From PVC group bacterium (lineage in GTDB: Bacteria > GCA-001730085 > JADFSZ01): 5,114 nucleotides of DNA. Shown here piece after piece: positions 4,726 to 5,114 of this stretch; within the stretch, counting starts at the first letter, position 1, and each line of letters begins with the position of its first letter. The stretch spans positions 1-5,114 of the forward strand of contig JADFSZ010000129.1 of NCBI GenBank assembly GCA_022560555.1, in the 5' to 3' direction. The notes beneath the pieces were generated by a model, which was given only the letters and a program-made list of their open reading frames with translations, was not told the DNA's origin and did no database searches. The translations under genes were made by a program, and so were the position numbers.

Positions 4726-5114
4726 TAGTGATAAAGCAAAAATAATCGGGAAAGTTGTGGCGGTGCAGGGGCCGGTTGTGGATGTGAAATTCGAGACGCA
4801 ACAAGAAGTCCCGAATGTTTTTGGCCTTATCACTACGTATACCATCGATAAGGAAGAAGTGTTTTTGGAAGTGGCCGAACATTTGCCAGGGAATATCGCG
4901 CGTTGTATTGCTATTCATTCCACGATTAATATTCCACGTTTTGCCAAAGCTTATAATCTCGGGAAACCCATCGAAATTCCTGTAGGGGATGCTATGTATG
5001 GGCGACTTGTGAATGTTTTGGGGCATCCCATTGACAAAGGAGGGGAGATAAAGTCGGATGAGACCATGCCGATTCGAAAAGCTCATATGGGCAGCCTCAT
5101 TAACACAAGTGAGA
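4715..5114 (+). CDS. atpD: F1 beta subunit, N-terminal ~133 codons (3'-truncated by the window edge)
   Basis: This ORF is not in the supplied track because it has no in-window stop. Frame 2 is open from 4619 to 5114. Translation is (M)DVSSDKAKIIGKVVAVQGPVVDVKFETQQEVPNVFGLITTYTIDKEEVFLEVAEHLPGNIARCIAIHSTINIPRFAKAYNLGKPIEIPVGDAMYGRLVNVLGHPIDKGGEIKSDETMPIRKAHMGSL. It matches E. coli beta ([27 protein letters not shown]...[27 protein letters not shown]...[28 protein letters not shown]...IHR). I propose GTG 4715 as the start, preceded by GGGAAGGG 4701-4708 and overlapping the gamma stop by 11 nt. The P-loop lies beyond the window. Confidence 0.9.
   Translation, partial: MDVSSDKAKIIGKVVAVQGPVVDVKFETQQEVPNVFGLITTYTIDKEEVFLEVAEHLPGNIARCIAIHSTINIPRFAKAYNLGKPIEIPVGDAMYGRLVNVLGHPIDKGGEIKSDETMPIRKAHMGSLINTSE

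Noticed and set aside
4709-5086. 125-aa minus-strand ORF at the right end
   Set aside because: It lies antisense to the beta-subunit N-terminal domain, which reads clearly in + frame 2 but was left out of the track because it lacks an in-window stop.
1-5114. CRISPR arrays, tRNA/rRNA genes, transposase or integrase genes, long terminal repeats
   Set aside because: None seen. The only repeats are the diverged c-gene duplication and the short spacer repeats described in the findings.

Overview
All credible genes lie on the + strand and form one tightly packed operon for a highly divergent F-type (F1Fo-like) rotary ATPase. The order is: unknown protein (5'-truncated, open to the left edge), a small single-pass TM ORF or segment, a minimal epsilon, two tandem c-subunit paralogs, a b/delta fusion, alpha, a 155-nt structured spacer, gamma, then beta. 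Beta runs off the right edge and is therefore missing from the supplied ORF track. I found it by translating frame 2 from about 4715.

Alpha, beta, gamma and epsilon are recognisable by eye from classical motifs. The membrane and stalk part is unusual in four ways:
- Both c paralogs carry Gln exactly where every functional c subunit has the essential ion-binding Asp/Glu.
- No a-subunit (atpB) gene sits in its usual place next to c and b.
- A separate delta gene is replaced by a short b-delta fusion.
- Epsilon is reduced to its beta-sandwich and moved to the head of the cluster.

An uncharacterised protein and a TM segment are translationally linked upstream. Together this suggests a repurposed or non-canonically coupled rotary ATPase module rather than a housekeeping ATP synthase. 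That is inference, and it needs database and genome-context checks that I cannot run. I saw no rRNA, tRNA, CRISPR array or mobile element. All long minus-strand ORFs are antisense shadows of the + strand genes.
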